Shown here: piece after piece, positions 41,008 to 49,727 of the stretch | How the letters are laid out: every line of letters begins with the position of its first letter | Position numbering within the stretch: the stretch's first letter is position 1 | Assembly (NCBI GenBank): GCA_963662585.1 | Contig: OY759729.1 | Location: 1,568,001-1,632,000, forward strand | DNA: 64,000 nucleotides | DNA from: Candidatus Cloacimonadales bacterium | Lineage (GTDB): Bacteria > Cloacimonadota > Cloacimonadia > Cloacimonadales > JAFGVF01 | Direction: 5' to 3' | Translations under genes and position numbers: made by a program | Notes under the pieces: model-generated | Database searches by the model: none | Seen by the model: only the letters and a program-made list of their open reading frames with translations | Told to the model about the DNA's origin: nothing

Positions 41008-41844
41008 ATGAACATAATAGAAGTTACAAAATTATCAAAGAAATTCCCTATCAATGGAGGAGAGTTAGAAGTTCTAAAGATAGAGCAACTAAGCATTCCT
41101 CAGGGTAAAATGATATATATTTTAGGGCATTCCGGCAGTGGAAAATCTACTCTTTTAGAGATTTTAGCCGGTATTCAAGAGAAAACTAGCGGGAAAATTA
41201 TTTTTTCTAATAGTGATAAAAAGCTTGATTATGATAATTTTTCCCTGAATAAGGACCTAGTTATTGATTACCTTAAACATCACATAGCCTTCTCTTTTCA
41301 AAGCTCTAATCTTTTAAGCTATTATACAGTTCAAGAAAATATTGAATTTCCTAATCTTAATAATAATATTCAAACAGGTTATGAAAGTGAGCCACAAAGA
41401 TATCATTTATATGAACATTTAGAAATAGAAGCTATTTTAGATAAACATATCGCAACCATATCAGGTGGTCAAAAACAGCGTGTCTCCCTAGCAAGAGCAA
41501 CCATTAAGAACTTTGATATTTTTTTTGCTGATGAGCCTACTGGAAGCGTAGGGCCTCGCCACGAAGATCCGATTCTAAGCTATATCAAGGAAACAATAAT
41601 TCGAAAAAATAATAAAACAGCAGTTATCGCAAGTCATAACATAAAAAAAGCAATAAAATATGCTGATTTAATTATTATAATTAAAAAGAGTGATGATGAT
41701 TCTCCAGGATTAATTAATGCTTCATCCTCTTTTGAATTAATTGATAATGATTTTTGTAGCAAAGATAAGAAGTATAAAATTTCAAAAGATAATGTTCAAG
41801 AGTTAGAAGAAATTATAATTAGAAAATTAAATGGAGATGATTAA
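41008..41844 (+). CDS. LolD/TagT-like ABC transporter ATP-binding protein
   Basis: GHSGSGKST, FSFQSSNL, ISGGQKQRVSLAR, ADEPTGSV, ASHN. Confidence 0.9.
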   Translation: MNIIEVTKLSKKFPINGGELEVLKIEQLSIPQGKMIYILGHSGSGKSTLLEILAGIQEKTSGKIIFSNSDKKLDYDNFSLNKDLVIDYLKHHIAFSFQSSNLLSYYTVQENIEFPNLNNNIQTGYESEPQRYHLYEHLEIEAILDKHIATISGGQKQRVSLARATIKNFDIFFADEPTGSVGPRHEDPILSYIKETIIRKNNKTAVIASHNIKKAIKYADLIIIIKKSDDDSPGLINASSSFELIDNDFCSKDKKYKISKDNVQELEEIIIRKLNGDD

Positions 41845-43421
41845 TGATCAGCTTATTCAATAAACCTCTTTCTAAATTGTCATTAGCTGTTTTAAATTTA
41901 TTGTTAAAATTCACAACTCATGATAAAAAATTCATTGAAAAATATGCAAGAAAAGATCAAACGAAGTATATTAATAACAATAATCTATCTCTGTTTACTT
42001 TTATTCTTCTAAGCCTTTTAGCAGTTTCTATTAGTAACTCCTTCTATACTCAGTTAAAAGAAAAACTGAATAACCCTTTTGCCTCAGTGATTCTGGTTAG
42101 GAATGATGCAAAATGGTCACTACAAAAGCTAAAATATAACTTTTTGGAGACTGACTCTCTCAGAACAAGATTCTCCATTAACAACATCTATGAAACCAAA
42201 AATATTAGCCTCGAAATAAAAGAGAAAAATAGTGGATTATTATTAACAGAAACTGGAAGAGTTTTAGATGGTTCTGATGATATTTATGAACTGTTAAAAA
42301 ATGACGCTCTAGTATATAATCAAGATATGGAGATATTTTCTGCCGAATCTGAGGAAAAATCTTATGGCCTCTATGTTACAGAATCATTTTTACACAAAAT
42401 TAAATATTCGCCACAAGATAAATTTATTGAGCTAAATAATTCTGGTATTTCACTCACTCTTCCCATCTTAGGGATTAACAACAATATTCCTGGTGATAAA
42501 TTTTTAATCTCTAATCTTTGCCATAGATATATTAGTGATGGCAGTGAAACCATTTATAAAAAACGAAATTACTTAGAATTAGCTAATATTGCTCCTAATG
42601 AAAAGAAGCTCTTAAAAGAAGCCTTTATCAACTATCTCTTAGAAAATAAAATAAAACATGATAAAGACAAAATATACTACGGTGAAGGAGATCTTTTAAG
42701 AATCACATTAGAAGATATTTCTCAAAATTATGCATATTTTGAAAACATTTTAACAGATTTCAAAGCAAGTAATTTTGGCAAAGATTTTAATCACATAAAA
42801 CTTATCTATTACCCAGAAGATTATGAAGATTTCAGAAATAGCTTGAGTAATAAACCTATTAAAAGTTACCCCGAATGGTTCAACATTCAGAGAACTTCTT
42901 TGAAGAATACCCAAGATTTAAAAGATTATCTAACCAAATACAATTTAATTACAGAATATGATAGAATTTCAACCCAAAAAGACTATAATGACATTAGTAA
43001 CTTACTTCTCTTTTTACTGGGATTTATCCTGTTTTTAACATCAATTTCAATCTGGGTATTCCTTAAATATAGTCTTTCAATTCATATTATCCAACATAAA
43101 AAGGAGCTTGGCATCTTAAGAACGCTAGGTATTAGAATTAGAACAATTAACAAAATGTATTATTTAGAGATAATTTCCTATCTAATTTCAGTTATTTTAG
43201 TATCCTTAATAATTTTGGGAATAATATGGAGCATAAATTACTTGTTAATAAAATTTAGCCTTGTTGAATTCATTTACCTTGATTTACTAAATTGCTGGAA
43301 TCTAGCTCTATTAGGACTCTTTTTCTTTATTTCTTGGTTAACATTAAATAGAGTTCTCAAAAAACTAGCTACTGTAGAAACAGGAAACTTGATTTATGGA
43401 AGAGACATTGATTTGTTATAA
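41844..43421 (+). CDS. FtsX/MacB-type (LolC/TagS-like) ABC permease
   Basis: One N-terminal TM, large periplasmic domain, three C-terminal TMs with KKELGILRTLG; start overlaps the ATPase stop. Confidence 0.8.
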   Translation: MISLFNKPLSKLSLAVLNLLLKFTTHDKKFIEKYARKDQTKYINNNNLSLFTFILLSLLAVSISNSFYTQLKEKLNNPFASVILVRNDAKWSLQKLKYNFLETDSLRTRFSINNIYETKNISLEIKEKNSGLLLTETGRVLDGSDDIYELLKNDALVYNQDMEIFSAESEEKSYGLYVTESFLHKIKYSPQDKFIELNNSGISLTLPILGINNNIPGDKFLISNLCHRYISDGSETIYKKRNYLELANIAPNEKKLLKEAFINYLLENKIKHDKDKIYYGEGDLLRITLEDISQNYAYFENILTDFKASNFGKDFNHIKLIYYPEDYEDFRNSLSNKPIKSYPEWFNIQRTSLKNTQDLKDYLTKYNLITEYDRISTQKDYNDISNLLLFLLGFILFLTSISIWVFLKYSLSIHIIQHKKELGILRTLGIRIRTINKMYYLEIISYLISVILVSLIILGIIWSINYLLIKFSLVEFIYLDLLNCWNLALLGLFFFISWLTLNRVLKKLATVETGNLIYGRDIDLL

Positions 43422-43548
43422 TACAAGGCTTATTATTCATGTATAATGGTTGGAAAAAGAAATATGTTGTTCGATTTTTTTTTGATTTAATCGATAACAA
43501 ATAGCTTAAGGATATTGGGTTTTATAGCCCTTTGGAGTCTTCGTTTAA

Positions 43549-43698
43549 ACTGACTCAAGTTCAAGTCTGGTGGAAGCATATTTTCTCCAATGCTGATTAA
43601 CAAATGACCGTAACTTCTTTCCTGTATATTTAAGGGAGAAGACACTTTAACTATGTATATTAAGGTTATTATTCCACTTAAGTTGAACTTGAGTCAAA
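43549..43698 (-). ncRNA. Candidate structured non-coding RNA (or MITE-like element), ~150 nt
   Basis: Ends pair: TGACTCAAGTTCAA-N5-GTGGAA (43551-43575) with TTCCAC-N5-TTGAACTTGAGTCA (43672-43696); minus-strand TATAGT lies 7 nt upstream of the stem; no ORF. Confidence 0.5.
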
Positions 43699-43767
43699 TA
43701 TATTTACTATATTTGCATCTAGACTTAAACAATAGGAATTTATTAGATTTAAATAAAAAAAGCACTT

Positions 43768-44814
43768 TTAATTCACTATTTGTAGGAAAACATTTTCAAT
43801 AAAGTAGAGTGAAATATAAGAAATTAGAAAGGCGAAGATAGGTGTGATAATCCAGCCAATGATAATTTTTCTTAATTGATTAAAATTAACATCAACATTT
43901 TTTCTGGCTAATCCTAGCCCTATAACTGAACCCACGATAGCCTGCGAAGCTGAAATAGGTACCAAAGGAAAAGCAGGTAAACCATTACTTACTAAAAAGT
44001 GATGGATTGAAGACGAAGCAAAAAGAAACATTGTTAAGGCTACAGATAACACAACAATTAAGGCAGTAATAGGGGAAAATCTATAAAGATTACTCCCGAT
44101 AGTGCTCATTACTTTTTTAGAGTAAGTTGCCACACCAACCGCAATGGCAATTCCACCAACAAAGAAAAGGATTTTAGTAGGTTCAAAACTAATAAGATTA
44201 GAAATAGTTATTGCTTTAAATGGATTAGAATTAACAAATACCCCCATTACATTACCTATATTATTTGCTCCTAGGGCATAGGAACCAAAGATTCCCACTA
44301 ATACTAAGCCTAATCTGGTTAGATTATCAATTTTAACCATGTGCATTTTCGTTCGATTAAAGAAGAATTGAACTATTTTAAATAAAACAAAAGTTGTTAA
44401 TCCAGTAAGAATTGGTGATAAGACCCAAGTAGAAGCGATTTTTACTAGAATAATATAGTCAGTAAGCTTGTCAGAATAGATATTCCAGCCAATAATTGCT
44501 CCGATAATAGCTTGACTTGTAGAGATGGGTAGTCCTGCTCTACTCATGTAGTAAGTAGTTAATGCTGCGGCAAATGCAACAGTAAAAGCGGCAGCAATAT
44601 GTTCAATAGTTCCTAGTTTATTTAAGGTTGCACTTGCTCCACTACCTCCAATAACAGCTCCTAAAACTACAAAAATACTACATAGTAAGGCTGCAGTTTT
44701 AAATCTGACCATCTTGGTACCAACAGCGGTTCCCCAAAAGATTCCAGCATGGTTAGCTCCTAAGGACCAGCCTAAAAACATACCACTAGAGAGAAAGAAT
44801 AAGGAGGTTATCAT
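43768..44814 (-). CDS. pit: PiT-family inorganic phosphate transporter
   Basis: GWSLGAN, GLPISTSQAIIGAIIG, W.LSP, second repeat YALGANNIGN, PISASQAIVG. Confidence 0.9.
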   Translation of the reverse strand: MITSLFFLSSGMFLGWSLGANHAGIFWGTAVGTKMVRFKTAALLCSIFVVLGAVIGGSGASATLNKLGTIEHIAAAFTVAFAAALTTYYMSRAGLPISTSQAIIGAIIGWNIYSDKLTDYIILVKIASTWVLSPILTGLTTFVLFKIVQFFFNRTKMHMVKIDNLTRLGLVLVGIFGSYALGANNIGNVMGVFVNSNPFKAITISNLISFEPTKILFFVGGIAIAVGVATYSKKVMSTIGSNLYRFSPITALIVVLSVALTMFLFASSSIHHFLVSNGLPAFPLVPISASQAIVGSVIGLGLARKNVDVNFNQLRKIIIGWIITPIFAFLISYISLYFIENVFLQIVN

Positions 44815-44819
44815 TTAAA

Positions 44820-45473
44820 TTAAAGTCTCCTTTTAATAACATATACAGACAATCTTTCTGCTACTGATTCTGCCATATCAGATGGTAAGACTATTTTCTC
44901 AACGAAATATCTAAGATGCATTTTAACAGACAAATAAGCGATATCCCTGTGTTCAAAAATCTTTCTTTTCAACGATTCTTCAAGTTTATCAGCTTCATGT
45001 TCATAGAAGTGAACTTTATTGATATAATTTTCTACTAATTTAATTTCTGTGAAGAAAGCACGAGTAGCTTTTACTAATTCTAGTATTGTTTTAGAAGATA
45101 GTTCTGACAGTTCTAAGTAACCAGGTCTCAGATTCTCTGGAATATCTGGTTGTTCAATAGATAATTGTTCCATAACTTTTTTACAGACATCTACCACATC
45201 ATCTAAGGTTTCTATAATACCGAGTACATCTCCACGAGACTCAGGTATAAGCATATAAGAGTAGAGTTTAAATTTGATATCATGCCTATATTCATCTGCT
45301 TGATTTTCTAAGTTTACCATATCTTTGTAATAATTGTCAAACCTCTCTTCTTTCCAGTTAATATAGCATCTAATCCCTTCTTCAAAAACTAAGGCACATT
45401 TTTCCACAACATCAATATACTTATTGATTAAATTCTGTAAATCTTTCGATTTAGATGAAAAAAAAGAACTCAT
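44820..45473 (-). CDS. DUF47 (PhoU-like) phosphate transport regulator
   Basis: LENQADEYR, LIPESRGD, EHEADKLE, SDMAESVAE; upstream of pit; start at ATG 45473 behind GGAGG, with ATGA overlap to ppx. Confidence 0.9.
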   Translation of the reverse strand: MSSFFSSKSKDLQNLINKYIDVVEKCALVFEEGIRCYINWKEERFDNYYKDMVNLENQADEYRHDIKFKLYSYMLIPESRGDVLGIIETLDDVVDVCKKVMEQLSIEQPDIPENLRPGYLELSELSSKTILELVKATRAFFTEIKLVENYINKVHFYEHEADKLEESLKRKIFEHRDIAYLSVKMHLRYFVEKIVLPSDMAESVAERLSVYVIKRRL

Positions 45474-46375
45474 TTTTTCCTCCATTCTTTTAAAGCCAGT
45501 CCGTAGCGTAATCCTTGGTCACATACTATCATTTCTGTAACTCTGTATTTCTGTAATATCGATTTAATAATCAATAGACCACCTAAGATAATATCTGCTC
45601 TTTTGGGTGATAAGCCAATAATATTTTTCCTACTCTCTAAGTTCTTTAGGGAAAGTTCATTCTCTAGTTGAATGATATCATTTAAGTTGATAATTGAATT
45701 TTGGATTTTCTCAGGTAAGTAGGGATCTAACTTCTGAATTATAGCAGAGATTGTCGTTACAGTTCCACCAATTCCGATTATAATTTCAGGTCTTGAATCA
45801 AGGCTTATATTATTTAATTGCTTAATCAAATAATCATTGCATTGCTCTAATACTGATTCACTTACTTCATTTTCTAGCTTATATTTGTCGGTTAAAGTAA
45901 CAGCCCCTATGTCAAGAGATTGAGCGAATTCTAGTTTATTAGCTTTTCCAAAAATAAACTCTGTTGAGCCTCCACCTGTATCCACCACTAAAGAATTTTT
46001 AAATTCTGATTTAATACAGTGATTTGCTGCTAAAAATGAGTATTTTGCTTCTTCCTGACCAGATAAAATCTGTAAGCGCAAACCTGTCTCAAGAAAAATA
46101 TGATTAAGGACTTCTTCGCTATTTGAAGCACTTCTGAATATCATAGTCCCGTAGAGATAAATATTTTGGCAATTATAGTTTTTAATAACTTCTATATTTC
46201 TCTTCATCTCTTGGATATTACGCTTTAGTGCTTGAAGACTGATCTTTCCTGTCTTATTATAATTTTCACTCAGTCTTGTTATTACTGTCTTATCAAAAAC
46301 TGCTTCAAAGCTTGGTTCAGTTCTATAAATTAACAGTTTAAGCGAATTTGTCCCGATTTCTATTATTGCATTCAT
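45470..46375 (-). CDS. ppx: Ppx/GppA family exopolyphosphatase
   Basis: IEIGTNSLKL, ILSGQEEA, DTGGGSTE, GIGGT, RADIILGG, GLRYG. Confidence 0.9.
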   Translation of the reverse strand: MNAIIEIGTNSLKLLIYRTEPSFEAVFDKTVITRLSENYNKTGKISLQALKRNIQEMKRNIEVIKNYNCQNIYLYGTMIFRSASNSEEVLNHIFLETGLRLQILSGQEEAKYSFLAANHCIKSEFKNSLVVDTGGGSTEFIFGKANKLEFAQSLDIGAVTLTDKYKLENEVSESVLEQCNDYLIKQLNNISLDSRPEIIIGIGGTVTTISAIIQKLDPYLPEKIQNSIINLNDIIQLENELSLKNLESRKNIIGLSPKRADIILGGLLIIKSILQKYRVTEMIVCDQGLRYGLALKEWRKK

Positions 46376-46405
46376 TTTTATCTTCCCCATTTTTAGGTAA
46401 ATTCA

Positions 46406-46434
46406 AGAATATGGGTTGATGAAAATTGTGTCAA
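46406..46434 (-). promoter_or_regulatory. Sigma-70 promoter of ppx-DUF47-pit
   Basis: Minus strand TTGACA-N17-TATTCT. Confidence 0.65.
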
Positions 46435-46509
46435 GAACTTAATTGGTAAATACTTTTTTCCAATTAATCTCAAATAGTTAAGTAGAATTTTGATAAGTGC
46501 ATGTTCTTT

Positions 46510-46603
46510 GCTTCCGAGCTTCTCCTCAACTCCTCCTTCTCACTTTCCTCAATCAATATTTGGTTTTACTACTAGATGAGTGAGAAGGAGGATAGGAAAA
46601 GCA
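46510..46603. repeat. Degenerate intergenic palindrome (copy C)
   Basis: Perfect 14-bp inverted repeat TCCTCCTTCTCACT (46531-46544) / AGTGAGAAGGAGGA (46579-46592), 34-nt spacer, pyrimidine-rich and purine-rich flanks. Confidence 0.55.
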
Positions 46604-46654
46604 ATTAGAAAGTAAAGAAAATAAGTAAGATAATTAAGGATTTCTTGGTATAAA

Positions 46655-46697
46655 AAGAGATAAAAAGAATTGAGAGATAATAAATATATCCTCAATT
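46655..46697 (-). terminator. Possible terminator after recX
   Basis: AATTGAGAGATA / TATCCTCAATT hairpin followed by CTTTTT on the minus strand. Confidence 0.45.
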
Positions 46698-46746
46698 AAC
46701 ATAATTATAATACTAAATTATCAATAAAAAATCTGGACTAAGACTC

Positions 46747-47370
46747 TTACTCATCATCATTATGATTGAGTTTTGCTTTAAGAATCTCAGAGAAGTCTGA
46801 GTAAAAGAATCCTTTTTGCATTAAGTAAGAACAGCATTTATTATAGATATCTTTACTGCCACGATTGGTATAAATGCGTACAGCTTTAGCGATATTCTCT
46901 TCGATAATATGTTGTTTAGCCTCTTGATTATATTGTTGGTCTAATTCATACTCTATCAAATTTGAATCAAGGCCTTTATTTTTTAACTTAAATGAAATTT
47001 CTATTCTACTTTTACCTAAATCAATCATTGATCTAACATAGAGCTCAACTAATCTAGCATCAGAAATAAAGTTTTTATCTAAGCAAAATTCTATAATATT
47101 ATCAATAAGAGAGCGATGTAATTTTAGTTTTTGGAGATACTTTCTAGATTCATATTCAGAATGTTCTTGTTGGGCTAGATAATTGAAAAGTCTATCCCGA
47201 GAGTAATTATATAAAGACTCTTTTATCTCCTTGAATTCATCACTATCGATTTCATCTTTATTGAGAAAGGGTTTGAGGAGTTTTTTGGGTAAAACCCCCC
47301 AATTTCTTTCATCAATATAAATCTCTAATTGAGATTTTGAATTAAATTTTTCTTTAAAACTAATCTTCAC
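46747..47370 (-). CDS. recX: Regulatory protein RecX
   Basis: [32 protein letters not shown]; overlaps the recA stop. Confidence 0.85.
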   Translation of the reverse strand: MKISFKEKFNSKSQLEIYIDERNWGVLPKKLLKPFLNKDEIDSDEFKEIKESLYNYSRDRLFNYLAQQEHSEYESRKYLQKLKLHRSLIDNIIEFCLDKNFISDARLVELYVRSMIDLGKSRIEISFKLKNKGLDSNLIEYELDQQYNQEAKQHIIEENIAKAVRIYTNRGSKDIYNKCCSYLMQKGFFYSDFSEILKAKLNHNDDE

Positions 47371-48427
47371 TTTCGATGTCTAAAGAATCTTCGTTATTAT
47401 CGAAATCGTCACCGTCTTCAAAATGATCAGGTGATACGATTTCTAATAGTTTAATCTTTATCTCTTCTTTTAATTCAGGATTTGCGTTTAAATAGTCTTT
47501 AGTTTTCTCGCTACCTTGACCTAAACGAACATCTCCATAGGAGAACCATGATCCAGCTTTTTTAACAATATCATTATCTACAGCGAGGTCTAACAAGATA
47601 TCTTCAGTTGAGATACCTTTTCCAAAAAGGATAGGGAATTCAACTTTCTTAAAAGGTGGAGCGAATTTATTCTTAACAATTTTTACTCTAGTTTTAGCTC
47701 CTAAGATTTCACCTTCTCCACCAGTTGCTTTGATAGAACCTACGGACCTAACTTCTAATCTAACTGAAGAGTAGAATTTTAGAGCGACACCACCAGTAGT
47801 AGTTTCAGGATTCACATAAGGAGGAACACCAATTTTCATTCTTGTTTGGTTAATAAATATTACAGCAGTATTAGATTTCGAAACAATTGAAGTAAGCTTT
47901 CTTAAGGCTTGAGACATCAATCTAGCTTGCAAACCAACATGAGCATCTCCCATGCTTCCTTCTATCTCTTGACGAGGCACTAAGGCTGCTACGGAATCTA
48001 CTACAATTAAGTCTATAGCATTACTTCTGCAGAGATGTTCGACGATTTCAAGGGCTTGTTCCCCACCATCGGGTTGAGAAAGAAGTAGTTTATCTGTATT
48101 AACACCTAGTCTTTTAGCATAAATAGGATCTAAAGCATGTTCTGCATCGATAAAAGCAACTTCCCCATCAAGCTTTTGAGCTTCAGCCACGATATGGAGA
48201 GAAATCGTAGTTTTACCCGAAGCTTCAGCACCATAGATTTCGGTAATTCTTCCACGAGGAATACCACCAATACCAAGGGCAACATCGAGATTTAATGCCC
48301 CTGTTGGGATAACATCAACTGCAATTTTAGGCTTGTCCCCAAGTCTCATAATTGCTCCTACACCATATTTCTTTTCTAACTGTTGCAATGCTGTCTTTAA
48401 GGCAGTGTCTTTTGATTTATCAACCAT
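47360..48427 (-). CDS. recA: Recombinase RecA
   Basis: [52 protein letters not shown]. Confidence 0.99.
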   Translation of the reverse strand: MVDKSKDTALKTALQQLEKKYGVGAIMRLGDKPKIAVDVIPTGALNLDVALGIGGIPRGRITEIYGAEASGKTTISLHIVAEAQKLDGEVAFIDAEHALDPIYAKRLGVNTDKLLLSQPDGGEQALEIVEHLCRSNAIDLIVVDSVAALVPRQEIEGSMGDAHVGLQARLMSQALRKLTSIVSKSNTAVIFINQTRMKIGVPPYVNPETTTGGVALKFYSSVRLEVRSVGSIKATGGEGEILGAKTRVKIVKNKFAPPFKKVEFPILFGKGISTEDILLDLAVDNDIVKKAGSWFSYGDVRLGQGSEKTKDYLNANPELKEEIKIKLLEIVSPDHFEDGDDFDNNEDSLDIESED

Positions 48428-48441
48428 TTTAATTCCTTTCT

Positions 48442-48996
48442 TTATTGTAGATTATAAGTTTTTAATATCCTATAAATAGCCCCTCTTTTAGTAAGATTAC
48501 TTTCAAAGAGAGCTATTTCATTAACACAAAATTCTTGTTTTATTAAGTCTGTCTGCAGAATATATTCAATCTCAGGTTTTATAAGGTTTGTCTTAATTCT
48601 TCCTAAGGTAATATGGGGAATGAAATCTTTATTTTCAAGATTAAACCCTTGCTGCTTTAAGAAGTTTCTGAGGCTTTTAGAAGCTTTAGAAAACTGTTTA
48701 TTTTCACTAGTTAAAGCTATCCAGATTAAGCGTGGTTGCTTAAGAGGGAAGAGTTGGACAGATTCGAACTTAAAGTTCTGATTCTTACAAGTTGAAATAG
48801 AGCTTAAAAAGCTATCTTCCAAATCAGATAACTGACTAGTTTTTACATCTCCGATAAACTGAAAAGTAATATGTAGGTTTTCCTTCTCAACCCATTTAAT
48901 TCCAGCAGGGATATAACTTTTAAGTTGTAAGATAACATCGAAGATAATATCCTGTATCTCTTCTGATAACTGAATTCCGTAGAACAATCTCATCAA
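48442..48996 (-). CDS. thpR: RNA 2',3'-cyclic phosphodiesterase (2H family)
   Basis: MRLF start, two HxT motifs (LHITFQF, PHITLGR), ES.L...GAIY. Confidence 0.9.
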   Translation of the reverse strand: MMRLFYGIQLSEEIQDIIFDVILQLKSYIPAGIKWVEKENLHITFQFIGDVKTSQLSDLEDSFLSSISTCKNQNFKFESVQLFPLKQPRLIWIALTSENKQFSKASKSLRNFLKQQGFNLENKDFIPHITLGRIKTNLIKPEIEYILQTDLIKQEFCVNEIALFESNLTKRGAIYRILKTYNLQ

Positions 48997-49479
48997 CTAT
49001 CTTTTATATCCTATATCTTGTAAGAACTTTTTACGCTGGGTGATATCGGTATCTAATTCTATTCCTTTAGGGGAGAAACCATCAATAACTCCTAAGATAC
49101 CTCTTCCTTGTTCAGTTTGAGCTATAATTACTTCAACTGGATTAGCAGTTGCACAGAAGATATTAACAACTTCCCGACAGTTCTTTACTGCTGGTAGGAC
49201 ATTGATAGGGAAAGCGTTTTCTAGAACAATCATGAAAGTATGCCCAGCTCCAATGTTTTTGATATTTCTCACTGCTTCGTCAATTAGATAGACATCATTA
49301 CCATCTTTTCTGATTAAACATGGACCTGATGCTTCAGCAAAAGCTAAACCAAATTTCACATTAGGTACAGAGTTTATAACTGCTTCATAGAGATCTTCTA
49401 CTGTTTTAATAAAGTGAGATTGACCGAGAATAATATTGCGTCCTTCTTTAACCTTCACTTTCTGTATTAACAATTCCAT
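48997..49479 (-). CDS. Adenosine-specific kinase family protein (DUF355)
   Basis: [53 protein letters not shown]. Confidence 0.9.
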   Translation of the reverse strand: MELLIQKVKVKEGRNIILGQSHFIKTVEDLYEAVINSVPNVKFGLAFAEASGPCLIRKDGNDVYLIDEAVRNIKNIGAGHTFMIVLENAFPINVLPAVKNCREVVNIFCATANPVEVIIAQTEQGRGILGVIDGFSPKGIELDTDITQRKKFLQDIGYKR

Positions 49480-49652
49480 ACATTCACCTCACAAGAAAAT
49501 TAATTATTACTTAATATAAATAATATTAGTATCTAATTCATGTCAATAAAAATCTTTTAGTAATTAAACATATTGTTATAAAACATCATTATAAGTGACT
49601 TTTTGGTCCAAAATTTAAATTACCTTAGTTTTAAATTTAATGATATTTTAGC

Positions 49653-49696
49653 AAAAAAATAAACCATTTCCCATCAATAATAATGAAAAATGGTTT
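49653..49696 (-). terminator. Possible terminator after the LruC-domain gene
   Basis: AAACCATTT / AAATGGTTT inverted repeat followed by a T7 tract on the minus strand. Confidence 0.5.
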
Positions 49697-49727
49697 AAAT
49701 ATATTCTATAAATTAAGTATTACTTTA

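Noticed and set aside
32314..43421. Complete type VI secretion system, prophage or defence island
   Set aside because: No sheath, tube, spike, baseplate, ClpV, integrase or nuclease/NTPase defence motifs recognised; the proteins look exported
43643..43670. dif-like site (central TGTATA followed by TTAAGGTTATT), with ftsK in the window
   Set aside because: The XerD arm matches TTATGTTAAAT at only 7 of 11 positions, the XerC arm lacks the inner TAA, and the motif is better explained as the repeated loop of the structured element
43551..43696. Retron msr-msd interpretation of the terminal inverted repeat
   Set aside because: No reverse transcriptase gene in the window
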